Counted from the stretch's first letter, positions 25,260 through 34,763 are shown. The stretch is 40,267 bases of DNA from Acidobacteriota bacterium (GCA_036445815.1 JAZFRU010000270.1:1-40267), one strand, 5' to 3'. The notes: generated from the letters alone by a model not told the origin. Translations and numbers: made by a program.

Positions 25260-25487
25260 CGTTTCAGGTTTAACGTTTCACGAAACTAGAGAAGAGCCGC
25301 TCTATGAGCGGCTTTCCAGATTCGGCGCCCTGAGGCGCCTCCCACACTCAGGACACTTCTCGACCAAACCATCCGGGTGATTTGGGTTTTGGGACACTCT
25401 GGCCCGTGCGCCCCCACCCTTTTTTTCGTGGAACGTGGAACCTGGAACGTGGAACGCGCGGGTCGCAGACCAGCGCTCGGTCAGGGG
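25231..25487. repeat. Composite heptamer-array element, copy C (archetype)
   Basis: The parts, in order: GGCC-N11-GGCC (25233-25251); GTTTAAC GTTTCAG GTTTAAC GTTTCAC (25254-25281); hairpin AGCCGCTC-TAT-GAGCGGCT (25295-25313); a core with stem CCTGAG/CTCAGG, GGGTTTTGGGACA (25384-25396) and a T7 run (25420-25426); GTGGAAC GTGGAAC CTGGAAC GTGGAAC (25428-25455); palindrome GCGCGGGTC-GCA-GACCAGCGC (25456-25476); and TCGGTCAGGGG (25477-25487). Confidence 0.9.
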
Positions 25488-26479
25488 ACCCGCACTCTGC
25501 CCACGGTATTCTCGTTGGTTCCAAACCAAATCTCTCGGGAAGGCTGATGAAACACCATGTGGCGAACCGTTCCACCACCGCTTCCGATCTCGGTGATGCT
25601 GAAGAACTTCTCGGTTTTGGGATCGAACCCGACAAAGCGGTTGGGTTGAGGAAGGGTCTCAACAAACCAGAGACGATCCTTGTCATCCACGGTCATGGCA
25701 TAAGGTCGCGACTGCCCCTTGGCCGGATTCTCCCACTCGGTGACCTGGCCCGTGGCCGCATCTAAACGCCCCAGATAACCTCGAGCGTAATCGACGTACC
25801 AGATCATGCCATCGGAAGTGAGTGCTAACCGTCGAGGCCGGGCCTCCTGGTTGGGAAGCGGGTACTCGGTCAACTCCATGGTGTTCGGATCAACCGTGGC
25901 GATTTTGTTGGTTCCAAACAGGCAAATCCAGGGCCGGTTGTCCGAATCGACTACAATGCCGTACGGCCTGGCCCTGGGCGTGGGCACGCTGACCAGTCGA
26001 ATATCGCCTGTGTCGATATCGAAATGACCGACGAAATTACCGCGTTGAACGGTGAACCAGATGTCTCCATCGTGGTCAAACGTCAGAGTGTGAGGGTCTC
26101 CGGCATCCGGATTCGGCATCATGAACTTGGTGATCTCACCCGTGCCGGCATCCAGTCTTCCGATGTGAGATGCCCGGTTGCCTGCATACCAAATGGACCC
26201 GTCTTCTCCGACAATCACGTTGTGAGGTCCGGTTCCGGGATCCAGATCATAGCGCTTGAACTCCCGAACCTTGGGGTCAAAGTAACCCACATAGTGACCA
26301 GCCTGCCCCACAAACCAGATCTGATCCTGAATTCTCAGATAGGGATCGCGCGGCCGGGTCTTGCCCCAGGGAACTTCCCACTCGTTAATCTGTACCTCGA
26401 CATTCTGGGCCACGAGTTGGACAGGCCATACCCAGAGCATCAACACGAGAAGAGCTGATTTTTTCCAGTCAATCATCAT
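25481..26479 (-). CDS. Secreted beta-propeller protein, virginiamycin B (streptogramin) lyase-like
   Basis: Repeats of the form G.GP.....DG.IW(F/Y) recur about 7 times, as in COG4257/Vgb-like propellers. An N-terminal signal peptide is present. The start is set at the first ATG (MMIDWKK...). A TTG at 26494 is the longest option. Confidence 0.6.
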   Translation of the reverse strand: MMIDWKKSALLVLMLWVWPVQLVAQNVEVQINEWEVPWGKTRPRDPYLRIQDQIWFVGQAGHYVGYFDPKVREFKRYDLDPGTGPHNVIVGEDGSIWYAGNRASHIGRLDAGTGEITKFMMPNPDAGDPHTLTFDHDGDIWFTVQRGNFVGHFDIDTGDIRLVSVPTPRARPYGIVVDSDNRPWICLFGTNKIATVDPNTMELTEYPLPNQEARPRRLALTSDGMIWYVDYARGYLGRLDAATGQVTEWENPAKGQSRPYAMTVDDKDRLWFVETLPQPNRFVGFDPKTEKFFSITEIGSGGGTVRHMVFHQPSREIWFGTNENTVGRVRVP

Positions 26480-26539
26480 CAGAATACACCCCAATAAGTG
26501 GCTAGTACGGACCTCAAGTTTACCTCAAGAGGGATTGCA

Positions 26540-26989
26540 TCACCAATCGGTTCCGAGACCCACCAGCAAAAGAAAAAACACGATGATCGCCGCCAGCAGA
26601 TAGACCAGCTGTCGAAATCGGTAACGCTCCTGAAATGCTTCGTATTTTTCCTCCCACTTGTGGTCTGCCAGTTCCAACGGCTCAGTATTCATGGGGCCTT
26701 CGGGAACCCGCAGATCAGAGATGTGTTGCAAATCGATAAATCGAGGGAGGAACCAGAAAAAGACAGCCGTCCCAATGAGAAAAACCAGCATCCACAGGCT
26801 GCGTTCAGAGAAAGAAGAAATGACAAGAACCGCCAGCGTAACCACCACCAGCAGAAGGATCCGAAAGTAGGCCCAGGGGACGGTTGGTCGGAACTCAGCT
26901 CCGCATCTTGGACAGCTTAGCCGACCCGGTGTCAGCAAGGCATCAGTCCACAAACGAGCTTTACAGACAGGGCAACGCTGAGACATCAA
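26540..26989 (-). CDS. Hypothetical membrane protein with an N-terminal zinc ribbon
   Basis: 149 aa. CPVC...CPRC is followed by about 3 predicted TM helices. Its ATG overlaps the stop of the upstream serine hydrolase gene (ATGA), which suggests translational coupling. Confidence 0.55.
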   Translation of the reverse strand: MMSQRCPVCKARLWTDALLTPGRLSCPRCGAEFRPTVPWAYFRILLLVVVTLAVLVISSFSERSLWMLVFLIGTAVFFWFLPRFIDLQHISDLRVPEGPMNTEPLELADHKWEEKYEAFQERYRFRQLVYLLAAIIVFFLLLVGLGTDW

Positions 26990-28173
26990 TCACGATGAAA
27001 ATAATGTTCCGGCACAATGGAACCGTCCATTATGGAACCGGCTACCACGGAAGCGACTTTTTTTCGCAACGAAGTGACACTTCCCCCACCCTCGGGATGA
27101 ACGCGGTTGGTGAACAGGATGACAAAAGCCTGACTGAAAGGATCAATCCATAACGAGGTGCCCGTGAAGCCCGTGTGCCCGAACGAGCCGATCGGAAAAA
27201 GATCGCCACGCGGGCCACTATAGGGTGAACGGATGTCAAACCCGATACCACGCCAGGGTTCTGTGCCTTCCGGGGACTGGGATGTCGTCATTTTGAGAAC
27301 AGCCAGAGGGGACAGAATCCGAACGCCTTTGAACTCTCCTAAATTGAGTATCATCTGGGCGTAGATGGCGGTATCTTCGACGGTCGAAAAGAGCCCTGCA
27401 TGCCCTGCATACCCCCCCATCCTGAACGTGGTGGGGTCGTGTACGGCCCCCTGAAGCATGGTCCCATTCCTGAATTCGGTCGGAGCGATACGACTTTGAA
27501 GCTCCTCAGGGGGGAAAAAGTAGGTGTGCTCCATCCCCAACGGCTCAAAGATCCGTTCGGCCGAAAATTCGTGTAAAGGTTGGCCGCCTACCTTGCGGAT
27601 TAACTCGGCAAGAACCAGGTAATTGATATCGCTGTAGATGAAGGTCTCCCCCGGAGAGGCCACCAGTTGCTCATTCAGAGCTCTCTCGATACCGTCGTCA
27701 TAGCCCTCCCACAGGTCATCCAGATCCAGGTCGGGACGCAGCCCCGAGTAGTGGGTCAACAGCTGGAGAACCGTAACCGATCCCTTGCCGTTCCGGGCAA
27801 AGTCGGGAAGATGCACGGACACCCGATCGGTCAGGGATAGCCTCCCCTCCTCCACCAGGAGCATGACGGAAGTGGCCGTCGCCAAGACCTTGGTCAAGGA
27901 AGCCACATCGAAGATCGTGTCCACGGATACCGGTTCCTTGCGAGGCACCAGACTCTTGTACCCAAAAGCCTTGCGGTACACCACCTTTCCCTTGCGGGCC
28001 ACCAGAGCAACGGCACCGGGAGTTTCCTCTTCCTCGATTGCCCGTTGGATCACCTGATCCAGGCGGGCCAGTCGCAGGCTTGACATACCGACCTCTTCAG
28101 GACTTGCCAGGGATAGGATCTGTGCCTGAAGCCCGCCGATCGCCACCCACCAGACCAGCAATCTCAACAGCAT
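26986..28173 (-). CDS. Beta-lactamase-related serine hydrolase (class C / PBP4*-like family)
   Basis: 395 aa with a signal peptide. The SxxK motif sits in FDVASLTKVLAT, and HTG is present near the C-terminus (FGHTGFTG). Confidence 0.8.
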   Translation of the reverse strand: MLLRLLVWWVAIGGLQAQILSLASPEEVGMSSLRLARLDQVIQRAIEEEETPGAVALVARKGKVVYRKAFGYKSLVPRKEPVSVDTIFDVASLTKVLATATSVMLLVEEGRLSLTDRVSVHLPDFARNGKGSVTVLQLLTHYSGLRPDLDLDDLWEGYDDGIERALNEQLVASPGETFIYSDINYLVLAELIRKVGGQPLHEFSAERIFEPLGMEHTYFFPPEELQSRIAPTEFRNGTMLQGAVHDPTTFRMGGYAGHAGLFSTVEDTAIYAQMILNLGEFKGVRILSPLAVLKMTTSQSPEGTEPWRGIGFDIRSPYSGPRGDLFPIGSFGHTGFTGTSLWIDPFSQAFVILFTNRVHPEGGGSVTSLRKKVASVVAGSIMDGSIVPEHYFHRD

Positions 28174-28285
28174 TCTTCCCCTCCAGCCAGGAGTGCTCGC
28201 CCTACTTTGTACGTCAAAGAGAGTTCTTCCCAGGCACTAATCACCCTGCAATGGCATACTATCACCGTGCCCCGACCGGAATATT

Positions 28286-29806
28286 ATGATGACAATTAAC
28301 TCGAAAACGTCACACCTCAGCCAGTTCGAAGAGTACACCGAGGAACTCATGCTGCTCCGGAGCGTCCTCTCCACCTTGTCCTGGGATCAGGAAACCATGA
28401 TGCCAGTAAAGGGGGGAAACTTTCGGGCAAAACAGATTGCTTCCCTCTCAGCACTCTTCCACCAGAAACTTACCTCACCCTCCCTGGGGGACCTCCTCAA
28501 ACATCTGCAGGATGCAGATCTGGAATTGTGGGCCCAGGCTGCGGTTCGCGAAATCAACCGAGAAAGAGACAAGGCCCTGCGGCTTCCCGAGCGACTGGTC
28601 CGGGATTTGGCTGAAACCACTTCCCTGGCCTATGAGATCTGGGTTCAGGCCCGTGGCCAGTCTGACTGGTCGCTGTTTTCACCCTGGCTGGAAAAGATTC
28701 TTCGACTCAAACGAGAGGAGGCGCGTTGCCTGCAAGAGTCTGATTCACTGTACGACGCCCTGCTGGATCACTACGAACCCGGCATGACGGTTCAGATGCT
28801 GGACCCGCTCTTTGCGGTCGTGAGACCGCGACTAACCCAACTACTCTCCCAGATCCAGTCCTCAGGCAAGCAGGTCAGTGAGGACGTATTCAAGGGTCAT
28901 TTCCCCGCTGCCCAGCAGAAGAATCTCGGGCGTCAGGTACTTTCCGCCATGGGTTTCCAATGGGAAGCAGGCCGGTTGGATCGCTCCCCTCATCCTTTCT
29001 GTACGGGCCTCTCCCCCCTGGATGTTCGCATCACGACTCGCTACTCGGAAGACGACTTCGCGTCCTCACTGTTTGGAATCATTCACGAAGGAGGGCATGC
29101 CCTTTACGAGCAGGGACTGGGCTCCCAACACTACGGATCTGCTGCTTGCGATGCTATTTCACTGGGAATACACGAATCCCAGTCACGCCTTTGGGAGAAC
29201 CAGGTGGGTCGCAGCCGAGCCTTCTGGGAATACTGGTTTCCCCACCTGAAAGAAAGTTTTCCTGGACAGCTGGATCACATTCCGCTGGATACCCTGGTCC
29301 AGGGCATCAATCGAGTTGAGGCTTCTTTGATCCGCGTGGAGGCCGACGAGGTCTCTTACGGCCTTCACATCATCCTGCGTTATGAGCTGGAAAAACTCAT
29401 GATTGAAGGAGAACTGGAGGTCTCGGACCTGGAGGCAGCCTGGAATGCAACCATGGAGGAATACCTGGGTGTGGTTCCCTCCAATGCTGCAGAAGGAGTT
29501 CTTCAAGACATCCACTGGTCCCACGGCAGTCTGGGGTACTTCCCCACTTATTTACTGGGGAATCTTTACGCTGGACAAATCTTCCATCAGGCCAATCAGG
29601 CCATGCCTGGACTGGAAGATGACATCCGCCAGGGCAATTTTCTCGCCCTGCGTGAATGGTTGCGCCAGGAAATCCACCAGCGCGCCAAAACCGTCACGGC
29701 GGAGACACTCATTCACGACATCAGCCATGAGCCCCTGAGTCCCCATTACTTCCTCGATTATCTGGAAGACAAATTCAACCACCTGTATGAGCTCCATGGG
29801 TCTTGA
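28286..29806 (+). CDS. Carboxypeptidase M32 (thermostable carboxypeptidase Taq family)
   Basis: 506 aa. [11 protein letters not shown] (HExxH), [10 protein letters not shown] and [12 protein letters not shown] are the hallmark M32 motifs. Confidence 0.88.
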   Translation: MMTINSKTSHLSQFEEYTEELMLLRSVLSTLSWDQETMMPVKGGNFRAKQIASLSALFHQKLTSPSLGDLLKHLQDADLELWAQAAVREINRERDKALRLPERLVRDLAETTSLAYEIWVQARGQSDWSLFSPWLEKILRLKREEARCLQESDSLYDALLDHYEPGMTVQMLDPLFAVVRPRLTQLLSQIQSSGKQVSEDVFKGHFPAAQQKNLGRQVLSAMGFQWEAGRLDRSPHPFCTGLSPLDVRITTRYSEDDFASSLFGIIHEGGHALYEQGLGSQHYGSAACDAISLGIHESQSRLWENQVGRSRAFWEYWFPHLKESFPGQLDHIPLDTLVQGINRVEASLIRVEADEVSYGLHIILRYELEKLMIEGELEVSDLEAAWNATMEEYLGVVPSNAAEGVLQDIHWSHGSLGYFPTYLLGNLYAGQIFHQANQAMPGLEDDIRQGNFLALREWLRQEIHQRAKTVTAETLIHDISHEPLSPHYFLDYLEDKFNHLYELHGS

Positions 29807-31010
29807 GATGCCTGCCTTCAAGATTGCAATGCTGCAGGCTCTGCTGGCGGTTTGTTTCACCACTTCAGGGACTGTGGCCCAGGACCCCGTCCAATCAGGA
29901 GCCGACCGGATCCTCGAGAATCCCTACCTGAGCTGGATCCAGGGAAAGCGAGTCGGGTTGATCACCAATCCTACCGGCGTGACTTCGACACTGAACTCCA
30001 CCTGGGACCTACTCTCCCAACACCCGGACGTTGACTTGAAGGCCCTCTTCGGCCCCGAACATGGAATCTTTGGCCAGGCGCAGGCGGGAGATCACGTCTC
30101 CGACTCCGGGAAAGTCTACAGCCTGTACGGTGAGACTCGAGCTCCGACCGCTGAAATGCTGGAGGGTGTGGAGGTCCTGATCTACGACATCCAGGACGTG
30201 GGTGTGCGTTTTTATACCTACATTTCCACGATGTACCTGAGCATGCAGGCGGCGGCCAAACACGGCATCCCTTTCATTGTTCTGGATCGACCGAACCCGA
30301 TTGATGGTTCACGAGTCGAAGGCCCCATTTTGCAAACCGAAAAGAAGTCCTTTTTAGGACTTGTGGGACTCCCCATTCGTTATGGAATGACTCCGGGCGA
30401 ACTGGCTCGGATGCTCAATGGGGAAACCAACCTGGGATCCGATCTCAAAGTGGTTCCTCTGAGCGGTTGGCACCGGCAGGATTGGTACGACCAGACTGCC
30501 CTGGAGTGGGTCCTACCCTCTCCCAATATGCCCACTCTCACCACTGCCACCCTCTATCCAGGCCTGGGACTGATCGAGGGCACTAACCTGTCGGAGGGTC
30601 GGGGAACCAGTCTTCCTTTTGAGTTGGTGGGAGCCCCATGGCTCAGCGGCCAGGAATTGGCCAAACGATTGAACCGTCTACCACTGGCCGGTGTCCGCTT
30701 TCGTTTCCAGACCTTCACTCCGACCACCTCCAAATACCAGGGAGAGCCGTGTCAGGGAGTTCAGATCCACATTCTGGATCGGACAACCTTTCAACCCCTT
30801 GAGGTTGCACTCCATCTGTTGCAGGAGGTCCAAATGCTTCACCCGGAACAGTTTCAATGGAACACGACCTTCCTGGATCGTCTGGTAGGCAACAGCTGGG
30901 TTCGTGAAGCTTTGTCCGAGGGCAGACCGGTGGATGAGATCGTGAACCGCTGGCAACAGGAACTGAAGGAATTCAAGGAAGTGCGGAAGAGGTATCTGTT
31001 GTACCGCTGA
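29787..31010 (+). CDS. DUF1343 family protein (exo-beta-N-acetylmuramidase NamZ-like)
   Basis: 407 aa. GLITNPTGV, LFGPEHG, YDIQDVGVRFYTY, VLDRPNP, PSPNMP and NLSEGRGT match the DUF1343 pattern. The start could be ATG 29808, just after the M32 stop, instead of 29787. Confidence 0.8.
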   Translation: MSSMGLEMPAFKIAMLQALLAVCFTTSGTVAQDPVQSGADRILENPYLSWIQGKRVGLITNPTGVTSTLNSTWDLLSQHPDVDLKALFGPEHGIFGQAQAGDHVSDSGKVYSLYGETRAPTAEMLEGVEVLIYDIQDVGVRFYTYISTMYLSMQAAAKHGIPFIVLDRPNPIDGSRVEGPILQTEKKSFLGLVGLPIRYGMTPGELARMLNGETNLGSDLKVVPLSGWHRQDWYDQTALEWVLPSPNMPTLTTATLYPGLGLIEGTNLSEGRGTSLPFELVGAPWLSGQELAKRLNRLPLAGVRFRFQTFTPTTSKYQGEPCQGVQIHILDRTTFQPLEVALHLLQEVQMLHPEQFQWNTTFLDRLVGNSWVREALSEGRPVDEIVNRWQQELKEFKEVRKRYLLYR

Positions 31011-31215
31011 GCGGGGGAGCGCTGGTCGCAGACCAGCGCGTTCCACGTTCCAGGTTCCACGTTCCAAGTGGGTCCGGAGTGTTGGAGACGCCTCCCACAA
31101 TCCGGACACGATCACAGCCAACCCATCCAAATTAACTGGGTTTTGAGACAGCCTGGGCCCTGCGCCCCTACCCGTTTTCTCGTGGAACGTGGAACCTGGA
31201 ACGCGGTTGAACGCC
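31011..31215. repeat. Composite heptamer-array element, copy D
   Basis: The parts, in order: palindrome GCGCTGGTC-GCA-GACCAGCGC (31019-31039), 9 nt after the NamZ stop; GTTCCAC GTTCCAG GTTCCAC GTTCCAA (31040-31067); a core with stem GTCCGGA/TCCGGAC (31072-78/31101-07), GGGTTTTGAGACA and GCGCCCCTACCCGTTTTCT; then GTGGAAC GTGGAAC CTGGAAC (31182-31202). Confidence 0.88.
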
Positions 31216-31226
31216 AGTGAGGCCGC

Positions 31227-32630
31227 TTATTCCATCCTGGCCCAGTATCGCTCGAGCAACAGATTGAACTCGTCAGTATAGCGGATGCTGTCCAGGTCGG
31301 AACTGACCTTGAGCAGTTCCTCCGCTATCTGCCGGACATAGGTTTCCGCGTCCTTTTCGAAGGCTTGCTGAAGGTGCTTCAAGGCCTCTTCCTGGGCCCC
31401 TTGATCGGCCCACATAAAGGCCAGTCGAAAGTGGGCATGGGCGCTGTCGACTCCATGATCAAGGGCCTTGAGATAGTACACCTGGGCTTGATCGAGATCC
31501 TTCGCCTCGTCCAGCACCAGCGCCAAGTTATAGTTCGCAGATCCGTCGTCGGGATCCAGTTCAACCGCCTGTTCGAGAAAGCGGCGAGCCTGTTTAATTT
31601 CGTCCAGATTGAACAGGAGCGTTCCCAGGTTGAACAAGGTACCGAAGTCCCGATTGTTGTAGCGGAGAGCCCTTTGGTAGGCCTCAACCGCTTCTCTCTC
31701 CTTTTTCTGGGCCGAGAGAACGTCTCCCAATTGAATCCATAAAGCGGCATTGTCCGGCTCCCTGCCAAGGCCTCTTCGAAGGTAGTCTTCGGCCTGCGGA
31801 TAGTCTTCCTGACGCTTGGCGATGACACCCAAATTCCCGAGATTGGCGGCTGACGTCAAATCTGCCCGCAGCAGTCGCTTCCTGGCTTCTTCAAGTTCAC
31901 CCCGATCCAAAAGGAGATAACCCAGTGCCTGGGACAGCTCCTGATGATCGGGCTCGATGCCTTCGGCTATTTGAAAATGTTCCAGGGCTGGATCTCCCTT
32001 GCCCTCATCCCGGTAGACAAGCCCCAGAAGGAAATGCGCCTGGAAGTCGTCTGGAAAGGCCAACAGGAACTTCTGATAGCTCTTGATGGCCTTCTCATTT
32101 TGACCCAGGGATTGCTGCGACAGCCCCAGGTCGAAGAAGGCTTCCAGCAAACTGGCATTCAGATCCAAAACTCGCTCAAAGGCTCTCACTGCCTCTGAGT
32201 ACTGCTGCCTTTGATAGTGCACCCGACCCATAAATTGCCAGGCCTGGTAATTCTCGGAATCGAGTGCCAGCGTTCGGGTTAGATCCGATGCGGCCAGGTC
32301 CAGTGAATTTTCTTCAAATCGCAACCGAGCGCGGAGCAAGTAGCCGCGAGGGTCTGTTTCATCCAGCCTGATCAATTCATCGAGCTGGTCTGCGGCCAAA
32401 CCAGGTTGTTCTCGCTTGATATAGACGAGTGCCAGGTTGTACCGCGCAATTGCAAAATCTGGGGCCAGCGCCACTGCCTTTTCAAAGTACTCCACCTGTT
32501 GTGCGGAGTTTTCCTGATCCGTGCCAATCAGTTCCTCTCCCTTGCTAAACCAATCCAGGGCCACCGGGTCCACAGTCTCGATTGTCTGAAGGAGCCCGCC
32601 CAACAGGAATATGGCTAATGAAATCAACAC
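31227..32630 (-). CDS. Tetratricopeptide (TPR) repeat protein
   Basis: 467 aa with an N-terminal hydrophobic segment, followed by many 34-aa A..Y...AL..-type repeats. The start is GTG. Confidence 0.8.
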   Translation of the reverse strand: MLISLAIFLLGGLLQTIETVDPVALDWFSKGEELIGTDQENSAQQVEYFEKAVALAPDFAIARYNLALVYIKREQPGLAADQLDELIRLDETDPRGYLLRARLRFEENSLDLAASDLTRTLALDSENYQAWQFMGRVHYQRQQYSEAVRAFERVLDLNASLLEAFFDLGLSQQSLGQNEKAIKSYQKFLLAFPDDFQAHFLLGLVYRDEGKGDPALEHFQIAEGIEPDHQELSQALGYLLLDRGELEEARKRLLRADLTSAANLGNLGVIAKRQEDYPQAEDYLRRGLGREPDNAALWIQLGDVLSAQKKEREAVEAYQRALRYNNRDFGTLFNLGTLLFNLDEIKQARRFLEQAVELDPDDGSANYNLALVLDEAKDLDQAQVYYLKALDHGVDSAHAHFRLAFMWADQGAQEEALKHLQQAFEKDAETYVRQIAEELLKVSSDLDSIRYTDEFNLLLERYWARME

Positions 32631-32913
32631 GCAGTTATTCTAGCCCAGATGGTGTGTTGGATGTTGAAGACCTCTGACCTTCGGGTTGACGGGGTAACAT
32701 GGCTGGATTTTGAAACGGAGAAGGCGCCTCCTCAGGTCATGGTGGCCTTCGCCAGTGATCCTTGATGTCAATACCATGCCGACCCAGGCGTCATGAAGTT
32801 GCCACAAAGCCTGATAGATGGGGAACTCAGAACTGAAGACTTTTCGGAGTTATCGGGTGCCTCTTCTCCCTATCACCTATCCTGCAACTCCTTGTTTAAC
32901 CGAAAATCAAGGC

Positions 32914-33888
32914 TCAATCAGAGTCCTGCTTGATATCCTCGAAATGAGTCATATCCCGGAATTCCTGATAGCGTCGAGTGACCTCCGGGTAGGTGAGTTC
33001 CCTGAACCGATCCAGAGAGAATTTCTCCACACAATAACTGGCCATGACCGATCCAAAGATGATGGCCTGGCGGACGGCTTGGACATCACGCCGATTCACA
33101 CCTGCCAGGTACCCCACAAAGCCTCCGGCAAAGCTGTCTCCCGCTCCGGTGGGATCAAAGACATCTTCCAGGGGATACGCAGGTGCGCCGAAAACCGTCA
33201 GACCCTCTCCTGTGGGGAGTTCATTGTGGGATGGAGTTCCCTCTGAACCTCTATAAAACATCAGAACTCCGTATTCCCCTCGTTTGATCACCAGGATCTT
33301 GGGGCCCCAGTCGAGAATCTTCCGTGCCCCCCGGACCAGATTGGACTCCTGGGCCAGCTGGCGTGCCTCGGCGTCATTCACCAGGAGAATATCGACCGAT
33401 TTCAGGGTCTCCAGAAGAGCCTCGAAATGACCTTCAATCCAGTAGTTCATGGTGTCACAGGCCACCAGTTGAGGGGCTTTCACCTGGGAGAGAACCTGGC
33501 GCTGGAGAGAAGGGTCAATGTTGCCGAGGAAGACATAACTGGAATCTTGATACGACTTGGGAAGAGTCGGACGAAAGTCGGACAAGACATTCAGCTGAGT
33601 GTCCAGTGTCTTCGCCTCGTTCAGATCGTGACCATACTCCCCTTTCCATCGAAAGGTCTCGCCATCCATGTACTCGAGTCCCTCCAGATCAACATTCCTG
33701 GATTCAAGAAGCTCGACATCCTGCTGCCGAAAGTCACGACCGACACAAGCCACCAGATCCACCTGAGTAAAGAAACTCGCCGATACACTGAAATAGGTGG
33801 CAGAACCTCCCAGTACCTCTTCCACTTCACCAAAAGGAGTCTTGACCGAGTCATAGGCAACCGAGCCTATCGCTACGATGGATGACAT
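32914..33888 (-). CDS. PfkB family carbohydrate/nucleoside kinase
   Basis: 324 aa. The N-terminal G.VAYD...GG.A.Y and the C-terminal DPTGAGDSFAGGF are the PfkB signature. Confidence 0.8.
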   Translation of the reverse strand: MSSIVAIGSVAYDSVKTPFGEVEEVLGGSATYFSVSASFFTQVDLVACVGRDFRQQDVELLESRNVDLEGLEYMDGETFRWKGEYGHDLNEAKTLDTQLNVLSDFRPTLPKSYQDSSYVFLGNIDPSLQRQVLSQVKAPQLVACDTMNYWIEGHFEALLETLKSVDILLVNDAEARQLAQESNLVRGARKILDWGPKILVIKRGEYGVLMFYRGSEGTPSHNELPTGEGLTVFGAPAYPLEDVFDPTGAGDSFAGGFVGYLAGVNRRDVQAVRQAIIFGSVMASYCVEKFSLDRFRELTYPEVTRRYQEFRDMTHFEDIKQDSD

Positions 33889-33902
33889 AATAATTCTTTC
33901 TC

Positions 33903-34763
33903 TTATAGATGTTTATCGATGATTATCTTTAGTTTTTCCCTGGTGCTGGAAGGAATCTGATCTGCCGGGGTAAGGATCGCATTTTCTAGAGCATGCTGGC
34001 AGGTACAGTCCACTGTTTCGGGGAGGCTCTGAATAATCTCTTTAATCAAACGCTGGGCTTTCTCGCTGTTTTGGCTCAGGTACCCGATCAGAGTTTCCAC
34101 CGTAACGGGTGCCTCTTCCTCATGCCAACAATCGTAGTCCGTGACCATCGCGATCGTAACGTAGCAAATTTCGGCCTCTCGAGCCAATCTGGCTTCCTGC
34201 AAGTTGGTCATCCCGATCAAGTCCATTCCCCAACTCCGATAGAGGAGGGACTCGGCACGAGTGGAGAAGGCCGGACCTTCCATACATAGGTAAGTTCCCC
34301 CGCGCTTGATGGGTAAGTCAATTTCACCGGCCGCCGCTTCTGCCTGATCGGCCAGCTGGGGACAGATCGGATCGGCGAAACTGATGTGGGCCACAACGCC
34401 CTCTCCGAAGAAAGTCGATATCCGCAAGCGGGTACGGTCCACAAACTGGTCAGGCAGCACGAAATCCATTGGCTTGTGTTCGATTCTCAAGGAACCGACG
34501 GCGCTGGCCGAAAGAATTCGGGTCACTCCCAGTTTTTTGAACCCATAGATGTTCGCTCGAAAATTGATCTCACTGGGAAGAATCCGGTGATGTCTGCCAT
34601 GCCGAGCCAGAAAGGCCACCCGTTTGCCGCTCAAAACCCCTATCACGTAGGTTTCACTGGGACTCCCGAAGGGGGTCTCGACTTGAACTTCTTCCCTTTC
34701 CTCCAGGTCGGACATTGAATACAGTCCACTGCCGCCAATCACACCGATTTCTGCTTGTTTCAT
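33903..34763 (-). CDS. mtnP: S-methyl-5'-thioadenosine phosphorylase
   Basis: 286 aa. IGVIGGSGLY....ETPFG.PS......G..VAFLARHG..H...PSEIN.RANI is typical MTAP. Confidence 0.88.
   Translation of the reverse strand: MKQAEIGVIGGSGLYSMSDLEEREEVQVETPFGSPSETYVIGVLSGKRVAFLARHGRHHRILPSEINFRANIYGFKKLGVTRILSASAVGSLRIEHKPMDFVLPDQFVDRTRLRISTFFGEGVVAHISFADPICPQLADQAEAAAGEIDLPIKRGGTYLCMEGPAFSTRAESLLYRSWGMDLIGMTNLQEARLAREAEICYVTIAMVTDYDCWHEEEAPVTVETLIGYLSQNSEKAQRLIKEIIQSLPETVDCTCQHALENAILTPADQIPSSTREKLKIIIDKHL

Noticed and set aside
25428-25455. The TGGAAC units resemble the -24 element (TGGCAC) of sigma-54 promoters.
   Set aside because: There is no TTGC-like -12 element at the required spacing. The motif recurs every 7 nt and on both strands, and it sits at gene 3' ends. 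It is a repeat unit, not a promoter.
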